A program made the position numbers and the translations under genes. Below, in pieces: positions 1 through 13,369 of a stretch of 64,000 bases of DNA. Within the stretch, counting starts at the first letter, position 1; each line of letters opens with the position of its first letter. The notes under the pieces are model-generated. The model was not told the origin of the DNA. It did no database searches and saw only the letters and a list, made by a program, of their open reading frames with translations. The stretch spans positions 2,469,148 to 2,533,147 of the forward strand of contig NC_068993.1 of NCBI RefSeq assembly GCF_001194135.2, read 5' to 3'. The DNA is from Octopus bimaculoides. Taxonomy: Eukaryota.

Positions 1-2037
1 TCATTGACAACAAAATAAGTTATTTCTATATTTTTCGTAAGTTTTTTTTCTTGGTTGCTGGAATTCAGAGCAACTGTTTATCGTTAAAAACATTCAGTTT
101 CTTTCAGGTGAAATCTCTGATGTAGTTTCAAATTTTGTAGGTTTATATTCCACTTAATTTTACTTGGAGCTATTGCTTTTCAATCTAAATAAGCAAGGCA
201 TTTAATCACGTGAGCTACAACATACTAAATTTCTCAACCACTGAGGGAACTTCAAAACAGTACGATCCTCCGTATATTTTAAAGAGAAAATGTTCAGAAT
301 GCGCATATATACCGTCAAAACGTTTATTATATTTACAATATTTTTTTACGCAAAACGTACACACATACACATGTATAAAACACATATACACATATTTTCA
401 AGGTAACGCTCCAGCATGGCCACAAAAGAATAAATATAAATGCATATATAAAAATGATTTACTATCCTCTTTCTGGGTCTGACTAACCATTAGCACGAAG
501 AATATCCGGCTTCGTTATCTTTGATTTGTATCTCCTTGTTTCATACTCCACCATCAGTAGTTTTGATGGAAATATCATTTTGTGAATTATTATTGAAAGA
601 AAACCATTTATGATACTGTAAAACCTAATGAAAACGTTATTATTCAACCGCTATTATGTCATTTTGCTGCCTCTCACCAAAATGTCAAAATTATTTCGCA
701 ACTATTTAATTTTTTTCCTGAAATATTGAGCAGTTTGTTCTTTTAATTTTGCTTTTCCCTCAATATGTTTATTTAGGTTTTCTTCATATTTCCCTTTAAA
801 ACTTCAAACCAAACCTTTTGTAATTCTTTTGTAATTCTTTTCATAAAGTCAATGCTGTATTTCCCCTGTTATTTTATTTTTAATTATTCCCTTAATGTTA
901 ACATTGGCAGAAAAACAAAATCAATAATCACATATTACAGAACCTTCAAGACATGCCAATATTACCATAATGAATCTCATAGAATCAAAGCTTTATTAGA
1001 AAACATTACAAAAATCTCAAAATATTTTCCCTGAAAAGCCAGTTTTTTTTAAAGGTGGAACAATTCTTCATTATGAATTAATTGAGCATATTCTGCTGTT
1101 AACATTGATTCGCTGATATTGCACTGATTATTTGAAATTCTTCAACTCAATAATGTCATAATATGTTAAAATTCTCAATTAGATAAGATATCAGTAAAGA
1201 GGAATTTAATAGTAAAATATAGCTTCCGGTGATGATCAATTTACTTTCTTCTGTCAGTAATATTTTTAGTACAACAAAGAGTTCAGATCTTATGCTTTCC
1301 TCTCACTCTGTGTATCGTTATATCTCTCTATGTCTCTATGACATACTTTATTTCTTGTTGCTTATTAAAGTTCCAAGATTAAAATAAACATAAATTACAA
1401 CAATTAATATGCCACGAGGAAGCAATTTCCAGCATTTCGAACAATTGTCGTTCGGTGTGAGAAAAGTTTACGTATGTCAACAGCTAATTTCTAACGCTTT
1501 CTCCGTATATTTTTCATCTGAAATATTATTGGTTCTGTCAAAACATTATTCTTTGCTTTCTACGTCTTTGGAATGACCAAATATATTCTAGTGCTTGTGC
1601 ATCAGTCTGCTAATCTATCTCATATTAACTGTTTAGTGTCGACATTCCCTCTAGCAAAGGCTGGGAACTGGTTGTAGATAATGTCTTTGCTTTCAAATAC
1701 CACAATATTTCTTCCTTTTTTTTACGCTTATAAATGTATTTCGTCTTGTCACATTTATAGCTGTTGTGAGCATAACTTCCTCTAACTGGTTCTCATCCAG
1801 ACAGAACTCGTTTTGATTCGTCTATATTTTATCACTATCTTTGCCTATCATAAACTTAGATGGAGCGTTTTCGAATTAAAGATATTTCACCCGTTGAATT
1901 TATGCCAGATTTCACTTTGTTAGATAATAGTATCCATAAAACTCCGTAACTTCTACCCTGGCCTTTCTATTGCTTGCTAAAGACGGTAATACACAGCTGC
2001 ACATATGTATGCGGAAACAGCCACTAAAAAGATTATG

Positions 2038-2076
<39 letters not shown>

Positions 2077-2319
2077 NNNNNNNNNNNNNNNNNNNNNNNN
2101 NNNNNNNNNNNNNNNNNNNNNNNNNNNNNNNNNNNNNNNNNNNNNNNNNNNNNNNNNNNNNNNNNNNNNNNNNNNNNNNNNNNNNNNNNNNNNNNNNNNN
2201 NNNNNNNNNNNNNNNNNNNNNNNNNNNNNNNNNNNNNNNNNNNNNNNNNNNNNNNNNNNNNNNNNNNNNNNNNNNNNNNNNNNNNNNNNNNNNNNNNNNN
2301 NNNNNNNNNNNNNNNNNNN

Positions 2320-2389
<70 letters not shown>

Positions 2390-2899
2390 TGTGTATTGTG
2401 TGTGTGTATACATATATATATATATATATATATTATAGTTACATACATACATAGATATATACATAAACCGTACATCCGCGGTACAGTAACATGTCTTTGT
2501 GGTATTGCGAAGAAAGATACATCCTGAATATCAATACTCCTTAATACAACTTGAACACTAATTTACAATGTTTTGGAGTATGTCACTACTTCCTTAGGTA
2601 TATATTAATGCTGTAACAAACTACTATAAGATCAGTTGAGATGCTAAACCAAATGGATTTAATGAAAAACTCTTATATAAATCCTGGTGCAGAAGGTAAA
2701 GGGATTTATTTCCCTTCTGTAGCATAGTTAAGTTTTAGATGCTTACTCTTCGGCTCAAGCAGCATAAAAATATAAAAATCGTGAGTTCTTTTCTCCAATT
2801 GTGATCCAAAGCGCATAACGGGAAATAAAATCATTCAAAATGGCGTTTTGCAAACCATAAACGTAAAGGTATTCCCTGATGATCGCATAAATTCCTAAA

Positions 2900-2981
<82 letters not shown>
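2900..2981. repeat. (ATT)n microsatellite (also 24666-24726)
   Basis: Direct reading. Confidence 0.95.
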
Positions 2982-2983
<2 letters not shown>

Positions 2984-3171
2984 AACTGTCAAATGGCGTG
3001 TAATGAAAACTTTGTTTCGTATTGTATCAATACATTTAATTACGTTACACGATACTGAACTTTCATAGTTATTCTTTTGACACCTGCTGATAATCGTTAC
3101 AGCATACATACATACATGCGTAAATACATACGTACATACATATGCATATGCATACACATATATATGCATAC

Positions 3172-3208
<37 letters not shown>

Positions 3209-3543
3209 NNNNNNNNNNNNNNNNNNNNNNNNNNNNNNNNNNNNNNNNNNNNNNNNNNNNNNNNNNNNNNNNNNNNNNNNNNNNNNNNNNNNNNNNNNNN
3301 NNNNNNNNNNNNNNNNNNNNNNNNNNNNNNNNNNNNNNNNNNNNNNNNNNNNNNNNNNNNNNNNNNNNNNNNNNNNNNNNNNNNNNNNNNNNNNNNNNNN
3401 NNNNNNNNNNNNNNNNNNNNNNNNNNNNNNNNNNNNNNNNNNNNNNNNNNNNNNNNNNNNNNNNNNNNNNNNNNNNNNNNNNNNNTATATATATATATAT
3501 ATATATATAGTAGAAAAAAAGGAGGAGGAAAATTTCGATTATT

Positions 3544-3577
<34 letters not shown>

Positions 3578-3753
3578 CATGTGTGTGTGTGTGTGTGTGT
3601 GTACGTATGTAAGTATATACAAGCATGCACGTATTTAGTCTTTATACGTTTCGGTGCAGTCATATCTCACCGAAAGGCGAAAAAACATAAAGTTTGGAAA
3701 TGTTTTTTTTCCCTAACACACTCGTGTTATAGTCATAAACTTTATATTCAACA

Positions 3754-3777
3754 CCCTAACCCTAACCCTAACCCTAG
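3754..3777 (-). repeat. Interstitial telomere-type repeat: (CCCTAA)3 plus CCCTAG
   Basis: Direct reading. Confidence 0.85.
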
Positions 3778-3944
3778 CCACAGGAATAAAAAGATGTAAC
3801 GTTAATAGTAAATGACTTATGTATAGTCATTTACGTAAAGGTGTTAATTTACACTGCATTATTGTCTTTCTTTACTCTTATGCTGAGATCTAAGCATTTT
3901 CAAAATGCTTAGTGGCATTTAATACAACTCTTGACGTTCTCAAA

Positions 3945-4358
3945 TAAAACTTGATCTTAAATCAAGTGCCAGTTGAGTCCTGAAATCGGTGTCTCTGGGG
4001 GTAGTAGCTGTATGTTGACATGCAGCCACCATTTCTCTCTGATTTCCTACTACTCCTGGTGGATGACGTCTTTTTCCACTCAGGTAAGAATCCATGGGTC
4101 TGTTTGAATAGTCATTGCCTGTGAGGGCTTTACGAGGTCGGAGTGGAGATCCTACCTCAACCTCTTTTTGTCGCCTTTTGCGATACACAGGGGAAACGTC
4201 GGGTCTATTCTTTGACATGCTGCTCCTCATACAGCATTAAAGCAACGGGAAATGATGTGTTTTGTTCAAGACCACAACACACCGCCCCTGTGCGGGAATC
4301 GAACCCACGATAAGCCGATTGTGTCGGCAACACCCTAACTACTAGACCATGCGCCTAC
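3945..4358 (-). mobile_element. Retroposon with a family-C-like tRNA head (4240-4358) and a different GC-richer 3' body
   Basis: A-box TGGTCTAGTAG, B-box GGTTCGATTCC and core gtgttgtggtcttgaacaaaacacatcattt on the minus strand. The downstream body is assigned by contiguity. Confidence 0.6.
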
Positions 4359-5160
4359 AACGGGAAGAATTACAGTGTAACAAAATCTCAGTTGCTTGAC
4401 CTTAACTACTTGAGCATGTCCGTTGGTGGCCGACAATATATATGTCTCTGATCACGAGCAGAAATAGTGAGGGAACATCGTAGTCATGTGTTGAGAGGGA
4501 TTCTATGAGATTTGAATAAATGCAACAAAAATGAAGTTTCAAGGAAATATTAGCCATTTTACATATTTTCAAAGGGTAAGCAAATAAGAATTAACAGTTG
4601 CTACTCAAGGACAAGAATCGTGTTACACACTGCTATTATTATTAATAGCGATGGTTCGTCTGTCTTTACGTTCTGAGTTTAAATTAATTCCTCCGAGATC
4701 GACTTCACCTTTCTTCCTTTTGGGGTCGATAAACTAAGTACCAGTTATGTACTGGGGTCGATGTAGTCAACTACTTCTTCCCCCATTTTCAGGCCTTGTG
4801 CCTATAATAGAATTATTAGTATCAGTGTCATTCGACATATGACAAGTAAATTTGGCAGTGTACTTTTGTAACTAACCTTGATAGCAGGAAATACGGTACA
4901 CAATGATTTAATGTTTCGCAAATTTGTCGCCTCGTATACAAAATGATTAAATCAACATTAATTTTCATACGGAAAATATTTATTATCGTAAAATAAAATG
5001 AAATTAAATAAATTACTCACTTGTATAACTTCTCCCGTGAATATCCTAAGATTTATACCCTGTTTCGCTTCCTGCCATCAAGCCTCGTATCTCCATTCAT
5101 CTAGCACCACTAATGTTAATTATTCCTGTACCTACCTCCCATTCTCTCTCTCTCTCTCAC

Positions 5161-5199
<39 letters not shown>

Positions 5200-5800
5200 G
5201 ATATACAACCCAACTTGAGAAATCAATTAAACAACCAGCCAGCCAGTCAGCCAGCCAACCAATGTTTGTATCAGTTGAGGAGGTGGACAGGCAGAAACGT
5301 TAACACGTCAGGAAAAATGCTTAGTGGTATTTCGTCCACCTTTACGTTCTGAATTCAAATTCCGCCGAAGTCGACTCGGCCTCTCAATAAAATAAGTACC
5401 ATTTGAAAACTTGGGTCATTGTAATTGACTCAACCCCCACCCCACTAGAAGTTGCTGGCCTTGTGCCAAAATTTGAAGCCATTATCAAATAGATATTGTA
5501 ATTGCTGTTGTTATTGGAAGTGGCAGAATCGGAAGAGGATCGGAGAAACTACCTTACGCTATTTCTTCCGGATATTTACATCTGAAGTTCAAGACCTCGT
5601 TGATGTCATCTCTGTTACATTTGGTTCAATAAGTTAAGTGGAGTCGAAGGTATCCACTGAAATCGCCCTTCACGTAAAAATCTAGCCTTGTCTCTGAATG
5701 AGAAAACATGATATTGTAATGGCATTTTCTATGCAATAATACAGAACTAACATAAAGGTTTACTAATTATATCTATAATAAATATGTTGGAACATTAAAA

Positions 5801-6092
5801 GCTCAGGCGTGGATGTGTGGTTAAGAAATCGTTCCATCACTAAGAGGTCTTCAGTCCAGTCCTACTGTACGGCATTTTAAGTGTCTTGTAAGGGCCAGCG
5901 AGTATATATATATGCGTGTGTGTGTGTGTGTGTCCTTGTGATTGTCCCACATCACCGCTTGACATCCGCTATTGGTTTGTTTACGTCCCTGTTACATAGT
6001 GGTCAGGCAAACCATAATCTAGAATAAATTTCAGACTAAATATTTCTAGGCAGTGCCCCAGCATGGTCGGAGTCCAGTGACTGAAATAAGTG
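5801..6092 (+). mobile_element. SINE family A, decayed
   Basis: Recognisable head, microsatellite, body (cgcttgacatccg...gtttacgtccc) and tail. Confidence 0.7.
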
Positions 6093-7233
6093 GAAGGAAA
6101 AAATATTTGTTCCGTATCATTGTTTCTATTTCCAAAAGAAATTCTTTTGAAGGCAATCGAATAAGCGGACCATCTTCCGATTTGTATTCATATCTGTAAA
6201 TATCAACTGCAAGTGTTATTATAATGACCTGATATTTTGAGAAAAGTCAATGATTTCACTGTCTCCTGATATTTAAAATCACAGGGTGAAATATCTATAA
6301 ATACATATGTATATTTATGAAATATTCTTTCTTGTATGTTAATATATATTTTAGGAAATATATNNNNNNNNNNNNNNNNNNNNNNNNNNNNNNNNNNNNN
6401 NNNNNNNNNNNNNNNNNNNNNNNNNNNNNNNNNNNNNNNNNNNNNNNNNNNNNNNNNNNNNNNNNNNNNNNNNNNNNNNNNNNNNNNNNNNNNNNNNNNN
6501 NNNNNNNNNNNNNNNNNNNNNNNNNNNNNNNNNNNNNNNNNNNNNNNNNNNNNNNNNNNNNNNNNNNNNNNNNNNNNNNNNNNNNNNNNNNNNNNNNNNN
6601 NNNNNNNNNNNNNNNNNNNNNNNNNNNNNNNNNNNNNNNNNNNNNNNNNNNNNNNNNNNNNNNNNNNNNNNNNNNNNNNNNNNNNNNNNNNNNNNNNNNN
6701 NNNNNNNNNNNNNNNNNNNNNNNNNNNNNNNNNNNNNNNNNNNNNNNNNNNNNNNNNNNNNNNNNNNNNNNNNNNNNNNNNNNNNNNNNNNNNNNNNNNN
6801 NNNNNNNNNNNNNNNNNNNNNNNNNNNNNNNNNNNNNNNNNNNNNNNNNNNNNNNNNNNNNNNNNNNNNNNNNNNNNNNNNNNNNNNNNNNNNNNNNNNN
6901 NNNNNNNNNNNNNNNNNNNNNNNNNNNNNNNNNNNNNNNNNNNNNNNNNNNNNNNNNNNNNNNNNNNNNNNNNNNNNNNNNNNNNNNNNNNNNNNNNNNN
7001 NNNNNNNNNNNGTATGTATGTATGCGTATGTATGTTTGTATGTATGTGTGTGTGTATGTATATATATATATATGTATGCATGTTTGTATGTATGTATGTA
7101 TGTAGGAATGTATGTATATGTGTGTATGTATGTACGTACATATACATATATATTAATATGGAAAGACATATACGTGCATATACATGTATATTCTTGCATG
7201 TATGCGCATACATATTTATATATGCATGTATAA

Positions 7234-7274
<41 letters not shown>

Positions 7275-9784
7275 GGTATATGCACACATATGCAAATGAA
7301 TTTATCTGCGTTGGTGTTTTCCAAGATGTACGTATGTATATTTACACAAGCATATACGTATGTATACGCAGATGAATGCATCTCTGTGCGAGTACGTATG
7401 CATGTGTATACGCATATACACACTTTAGCATGTGTACAAGCTCATACACACATATATGTATATGAATATGCATATGTATATACCTGTATGTGCGGCTACA
7501 TGTGTGCATGTGTGTGTGTGTGTGTGTGTGTGCCCCCGCGCGTGTGTATTTGCGTGCTTGTATGTGTATGTGCATATGTATACATGTGCGTATATGTGTT
7601 AAATCACATCGAAATTATTCAGCAACATGCTTCACATTTGGAAGAAGTCTCTATCGCTCTAGAATGGAATTAATTTGCATTTGTTATTTGGTATTAAAAT
7701 AACTTCCTTGTTGATTGCAAAATTAACATAGAATATTAACAGAACTTTTCATTCAGTTAAATATAAAGTTATTCATATTTTGTTAATGTTCTTTATTGCT
7801 GGTACTGAAGACGTAAGGTGGAAATGATTAAACTTTAAATACAGGAAAAACGAAAATAGTAACATCCGGATTTTGATAAAAATCAATTTTTATTTCCAGT
7901 TAAATCCACTTAGATCTTATTTAATATGCAAAAGGACGTTTTAGACGTGTGTGTGTGTTTTTGTGTGTGTGTATGTGAGTGTGTGTGTGTGTGTGTTTGT
8001 GTGTGCTTGTGGCCGAGTATTTAGCATACAATAATCTCGTAGTATATCGTTTTATTCTCAAATCCTCCCTGTTTTCTAATTCGCTAGAACGTTCACCTGT
8101 GTCTACTGACTCCATGTAATAACTTAAGCTGTTGCTAGGAGTAGTAGCCAAATCTTCCCTAAATCGCTCATTACCTTCTAATGTTCCAGAGGTTTCTCCT
8201 GTCTGTGTTGCAGCGATCTGATAGCCATAAGCTATTGTTAGAAATAGCAGCCAAATATCTCTTACCTCATTCCTCTCTAATATTCCTGAATGTTCCACTT
8301 TTTGGGGTTGTTTGTAATTGTTTTGGTTAACTTTCAGCTAGAAATCGGAGCCATGTCTCACTATTATTCTAGAAGGTTCTTTGATAGATATTTTCATTGA
8401 GAGATTTGTACTTTGTTTCAACCTTCATGGCAGTTCAGGTGATGCCAGAACTCGTTCGTACTTTCGAGACGATAAGAAAATAAAATAACCGCGGCACAGG
8501 GGTAGGAATGTTCCTTCTTTTCTTTTACTCATTCTCTCATAATTTGCACAGAGGATTTGTTACAAAACAGAAGGAAGACATCCGGAAGATGGCAACCAGA
8601 AAATCGCCGTTATATTCTCCCACGGATATTCTAAGAGAACTACGTTACGTTCCTCCAAGAAGTTACCAGGGATCGATCCAGGCACTGACAACACAAGGGT
8701 GTAAAGACATTACTTGACAGTTTGTTTCAACGAGTTCGGTCAGAGATCTATTTTCTGAAAAGAGATAATTGAAACATCTAGCTGCGCTCTAACAGTTGAA
8801 GTTAGTTGTGGTGGCTAAAAATACAAAGAAAATGGTATTTTCAGCAGTCATTGTTTGCAACATTAATGTTTGGACAATATAATAATATATGTCTTTTAGT
8901 ACGACTTGTTAGAGCGATTTTGGTGAGAAAAAACAAGACAAAATGTGTAAAGAAACAAGGCAAAACAAATGGGAAATATAAAATGGTGATTAGTCTTTCC
9001 AAATATAACATTGTAGGTATAAAGTTAGATCATTATAATATCATTTGATTTAAACAATATCCTATTAGCAAAGTGTTTCCATGTACACAGTAGTGCAGAC
9101 GACCAAACCGACCTGTCTCTCTCACTCTTTCTTTCTTTCTAATAAATATGTGTGTGTATGTGTGTGCGAGAGTGAGTGCGTACGTATGTGTGTGTAAGAG
9201 TGGGTAAATGTGCGTGAGTAGTTCTGCTTGCACGCGTTTTGCAGTATATTTTTGTAGTTGTTTTTGCTGAGTTCATATCACGCGTTTAATTTCTGGTTTA
9301 TCCTTTTGGAGCCGAGAAACAAAATACCATTCGACAGACAAGTATAATAGTAAGTTTATTAGAATATGAAACCTTTTACCATGCAGTGTCCTCGGCACTA
9401 GGATTTCTGACGATGGTACGAAACTGTATCACCGTTCTCTTGGGCAACATGCTACCGAGGAAAGTGGAAATTTGCATATTTGTTGGCTGGTCAAAATTCA
9501 TCATCTTTTATTAACGACAAGATTAATCAAATTACATTTAGTTGATACTTTTCTGGTTATTAAATTTTCAATATGACATGAATACATATATGAGAGACTT
9601 AGTTTTCAAACAAATATAGTATTTCATATTAGAATTTACTCTACTATCAATAATATTTGCCCTTGTATCATTTACTGTTATAGGAATTTTACAATGCGGA
9701 GGCTTGTCAAACATTTAAAGGTCGAAGATACGGTGCTATTTACTTTACCATAAGTATTATATATCTGTATCTATAACTATATCC

Positions 9785-9826
9785 ATATCTATCTATCTAT
9801 CTTTCTATCTATCTATCTATCTATCA

Positions 9827-9865
<39 letters not shown>

Positions 9866-9902
9866 CATCTATCCATCTATCTATCTATCTATCTCTCTAT
9901 CT
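9785..9902. repeat. (TCTA)n microsatellite; (GATA)n also at 56817-56868 and 63815-63890
   Basis: Direct reading. Confidence 0.95.
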
Positions 9903-10684
9903 ATATGTGTGTGAGTATGTCTCTGTTTTCTCTTCCACTCCATATAAACATACATACACATATATATATATTTATATGTGTGTGTGTGTGGAGTGGAGTG
10001 GAAAAGATAGAGAATGCTGCTGCAAAATAAGCTAGAAGGTGATAAAGAAATTAAGAGATTGAGAGAGAAACAGTGAAAAGGAAAGGTGTAAGAGAACAGA
10101 AGAAAGAAACTGACAGGTGAGTTAAAGTGATAAATGTTGGTTTGACCATTAGATTAACTAGCAGAGAAACCACAACGGCTTTCGTGTGACATTCCTGTCA
10201 TCTGAAAGAGACATACATTCATGTGAGTTGAAATAAGTATGTGTACTGGAAGTCTAATGGAGGAACGCTGACATAAATTGTGTCTTCTTTATCAGTTCTT
10301 CTACTCGTTACTTTCTGTGTTTATCTTGTAGACAAACTTACAAACTGCCAAATTTAAGATCAAACTTTGGTCAACTTTTCGATTTGTGAGTCCTCTTTAA
10401 GCTTCAGAATATTAAACCACTCATTACAGTAATCCATTAAATCGAAACTATTTGATCCACGACCGTCATCGCTGCACTTTCTATATCTTCTAAAACGTTC
10501 ATTTCAGGTATTTCATTACAAATATCTCCCATGCAGGTTTCTTTTCGTCTACTAATTACAAGGGTGTTCCTAGGTAATGGACTTAAGTCAACTCACTGAA
10601 TTATATTTGTGACATATTACCTGAGATGTAAATAAACCAACGCTTTTCGAAAGGTCGTGCTTTATAAGCCATTGTTATTTTGTC

Positions 10685-11150
10685 ACGTGACTGTTGTTTA
10701 GTCCCAGATAAACCCTGATCACGTAGATCTATGATCCAAAACACTTTCGACTGTGATCACCCCCCCCCCCCNNNNNNNNNNAACCATCGTTTCCTTTTCA
10801 GCGTTTCCAGAAATGCAATTATCAAAGGTGTACGTTCTTCAAGAAACAACGTAGCGCGTGGTTTTAGCGAGACTTGATTATTACTTCAAGCAAGTCGAGA
10901 GACTACATTATGTTATCTTTGTTAACGCGATATTCTATGATGTTGATGTTGAAGTTGTTTAGCCCCAGGTCAGTTTTTTTTTATGAGCAACTATGATCAG
11001 AGACACTCCTGTTGCAACTATCCCATCATTATTTCAGACAGCATATCCAGGACTATTATCCAATCTGTTTCCTTTACTTTTTTGAGGAGGTAGAGGGGTG
11101 TGGTTATTTCTAGCAGCTCAAAAGATCTCTCGGAGGTTCTTGGATTCGTC
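10685..11150 (+). repeat. Two tandem decayed copies of an interspersed repeat (family D); another fragment at 35885-35960
   Basis: tttagtcccagataaaccctgatc...ctatgatc and tttagccccaggtcag...ctatgatc recur. Confidence 0.6.
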
Positions 11151-11675
11151 GTTTTGTTATATTTAAGATATTTAGAAGCAAAAAGAAAAAAAGAAATACT
11201 TGAGTAAATGCCATGTAGTATTCATTTTGACCATTCTACTTTCGATTTCAAATCAATACAAATATACATCATAGACTGTTCATACAAATATATGGATACA
11301 CTCAAGCATATAAATTCAAACACACAACGCATATCTATACATCTATACATACATACATTCATACATATATGAATACATGTGCGCATGTCTGGACATGCAA
11401 CTATATACATGAGAATAGATGTATAAAATAAAACATACATACGTATATAACATATGAATATATACATATATCTACATATATACACACATATACAACTATA
11501 CACACATTCGCATACACACACATGCATATATATGTATATGTATGTCCATATCTATGTATTTTTGGAAACACTGACGTAGAGGTTTGCGTGTAACTCTAAT
11601 TTGTAGCAGAGAGCCTTGTGGTAAATATTTATACACAATTTCTGCATTGAGTACTACATGCGTGTATGTATGTGT

Positions 11676-11744
<69 letters not shown>

Positions 11745-12576
11745 AATGGGTATATGAATGTGAGAGTAAGTGAGTATTTGTGTGCGCATATATTTACAAT
11801 TTTATGCAGCGCTCACTCAGATAATGGCGCATGCTTTTGCGCAAACAATAAACACGTATTACTAGTTATCGTTTTCTTCCTCAAACAATGCTAAGACACA
11901 AATAACTTGCAATCTTTTCTCATTTATTTTTGCCATATTCTTCTCCCATTATTTCACAATGCCATGATCATTCCCATCTGGATAATTGCATACCATTTTT
12001 GCACACTCACTTCACTGACACAAACTTATTTCTTTTACTTTTTTTGTTCGTTTAATTGTGACTTACCGTTTTTTTTTTTTTTTGCTTTTTACTTTTGTTG
12101 TTGTTTCATTCTTTCGTATCTCATTTCTCCTATTTTTTCCGAACTTTTGGAGATTCATCAACAAGAATTAGTTGCAATTCTGCTGCCACACCTATTCACT
12201 AAGGCTGCAGAACCCTATAATTTCCTATTAAATTGCTATCTTAACAAGTTTACAGTTTAGCAATGTCTGTTATGTAGTTTATAACAGCAGCGTAAGTCTC
12301 CACCAGACACTGTCTCCATCAGAGGTGCTTCTGTCACTTGCTTGCTTCCTTCTTCGCTACTTCTACACTTCTCGTCCTCGCTTTTTTTGCTCTCTCTCTC
12401 TCTCACTTTCTCTCTCTATCTCTATCTCGCTCTCAGACACACACACACGCACCCACGTACACACACACATACATACACACACATATACATACATACATAC
12501 ATACACATATAAGCACGTACGCATAATAAATATAAACATATATACGGAAAAATACAGATAGATATCCATATACCGG

Positions 12577-12607
<31 letters not shown>

Positions 12608-12885
12608 GCACAAACACACACACATATACACACACACACATACACACACACACACATACACACACACACACATATTAATATTTCATATATAATCACATAT
12701 ACATATGTACGTGGGCATGTGTGGGCACTAGGCGTACTGTAGTTCATTTGTATATCCAGACATACAAATATCTTCAGGAAAATGGCTACATTTTTAGACT
12801 TCAAACACCCATTCACACTCACTCTTTATTTCTCTCTTTTCCTCTTTTCCTCTCGCTCTTTCTACTTGTATGCACATACACACGC

Positions 12886-12934
<49 letters not shown>

Positions 12935-13324
12935 NNNNNNNNNNNNNNNNNNNNNNNNNNNNNNNNNNNNNNNNNNNNNNNNNNNNNNNNNNNNNNNNNN
13001 NNNNNNNNNNNNNNNNNNNNNNNNNNNNNNNNNNNNNNNNNNNNNNNNNNNNNNNNNNNNNNNNNNNNNNNNNNNNNNNNNNNNNNNNNNNNNNNNNNNN
13101 NNNNNNNNNNNNNNNNNNNNNNNNNNNNNNNNNNNNNNNNNNNNNNNNNNNNNNNNNNNNNNNNNNNNNNNNNNNNNNNNNNNNNNNNNNNNNNNNNNNN
13201 NNNNNNNNNNNNNNNNNNNNNNNNNNNNNNNNNNNNNNNNNNNNNNNNNNNNNNNNNNNNNNNNNNNNNNNNNNNNNNNNNNNNNNNNNNNNNNNNNNNN
13301 NNNNNNNNNNNNNNNNNNNNNNNN

Positions 13325-13369
<45 letters not shown>

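Noticed and set aside
3940-4230. 96-aa minus ORF (MRSSMSKNRP...)
   Set aside because: It is directly contiguous with a tRNA-SINE head and has no recognisable domain, so it is treated as retroposon body.
7921-8298. 125-aa minus ORF resembling a signal peptide plus RIKR furin site
   Set aside because: It starts at GTG, runs into a (CA)n array, and contains two degenerate copies of one motif (gatatttggctgctatttctaacaatagctta / gatttggctactactcctagcaacagctta) that resembles family D repeat sequence.
9382-9460. HDV-like P3/L3 hairpin (GTG-TCCTCGG-CAC) and nearby CTGACGA...GAAA hammerhead-like words
   Set aside because: P1 needs a bulge, J1/4 GG is absent and P2 is out of register; the hammerhead helices II and III do not pair.
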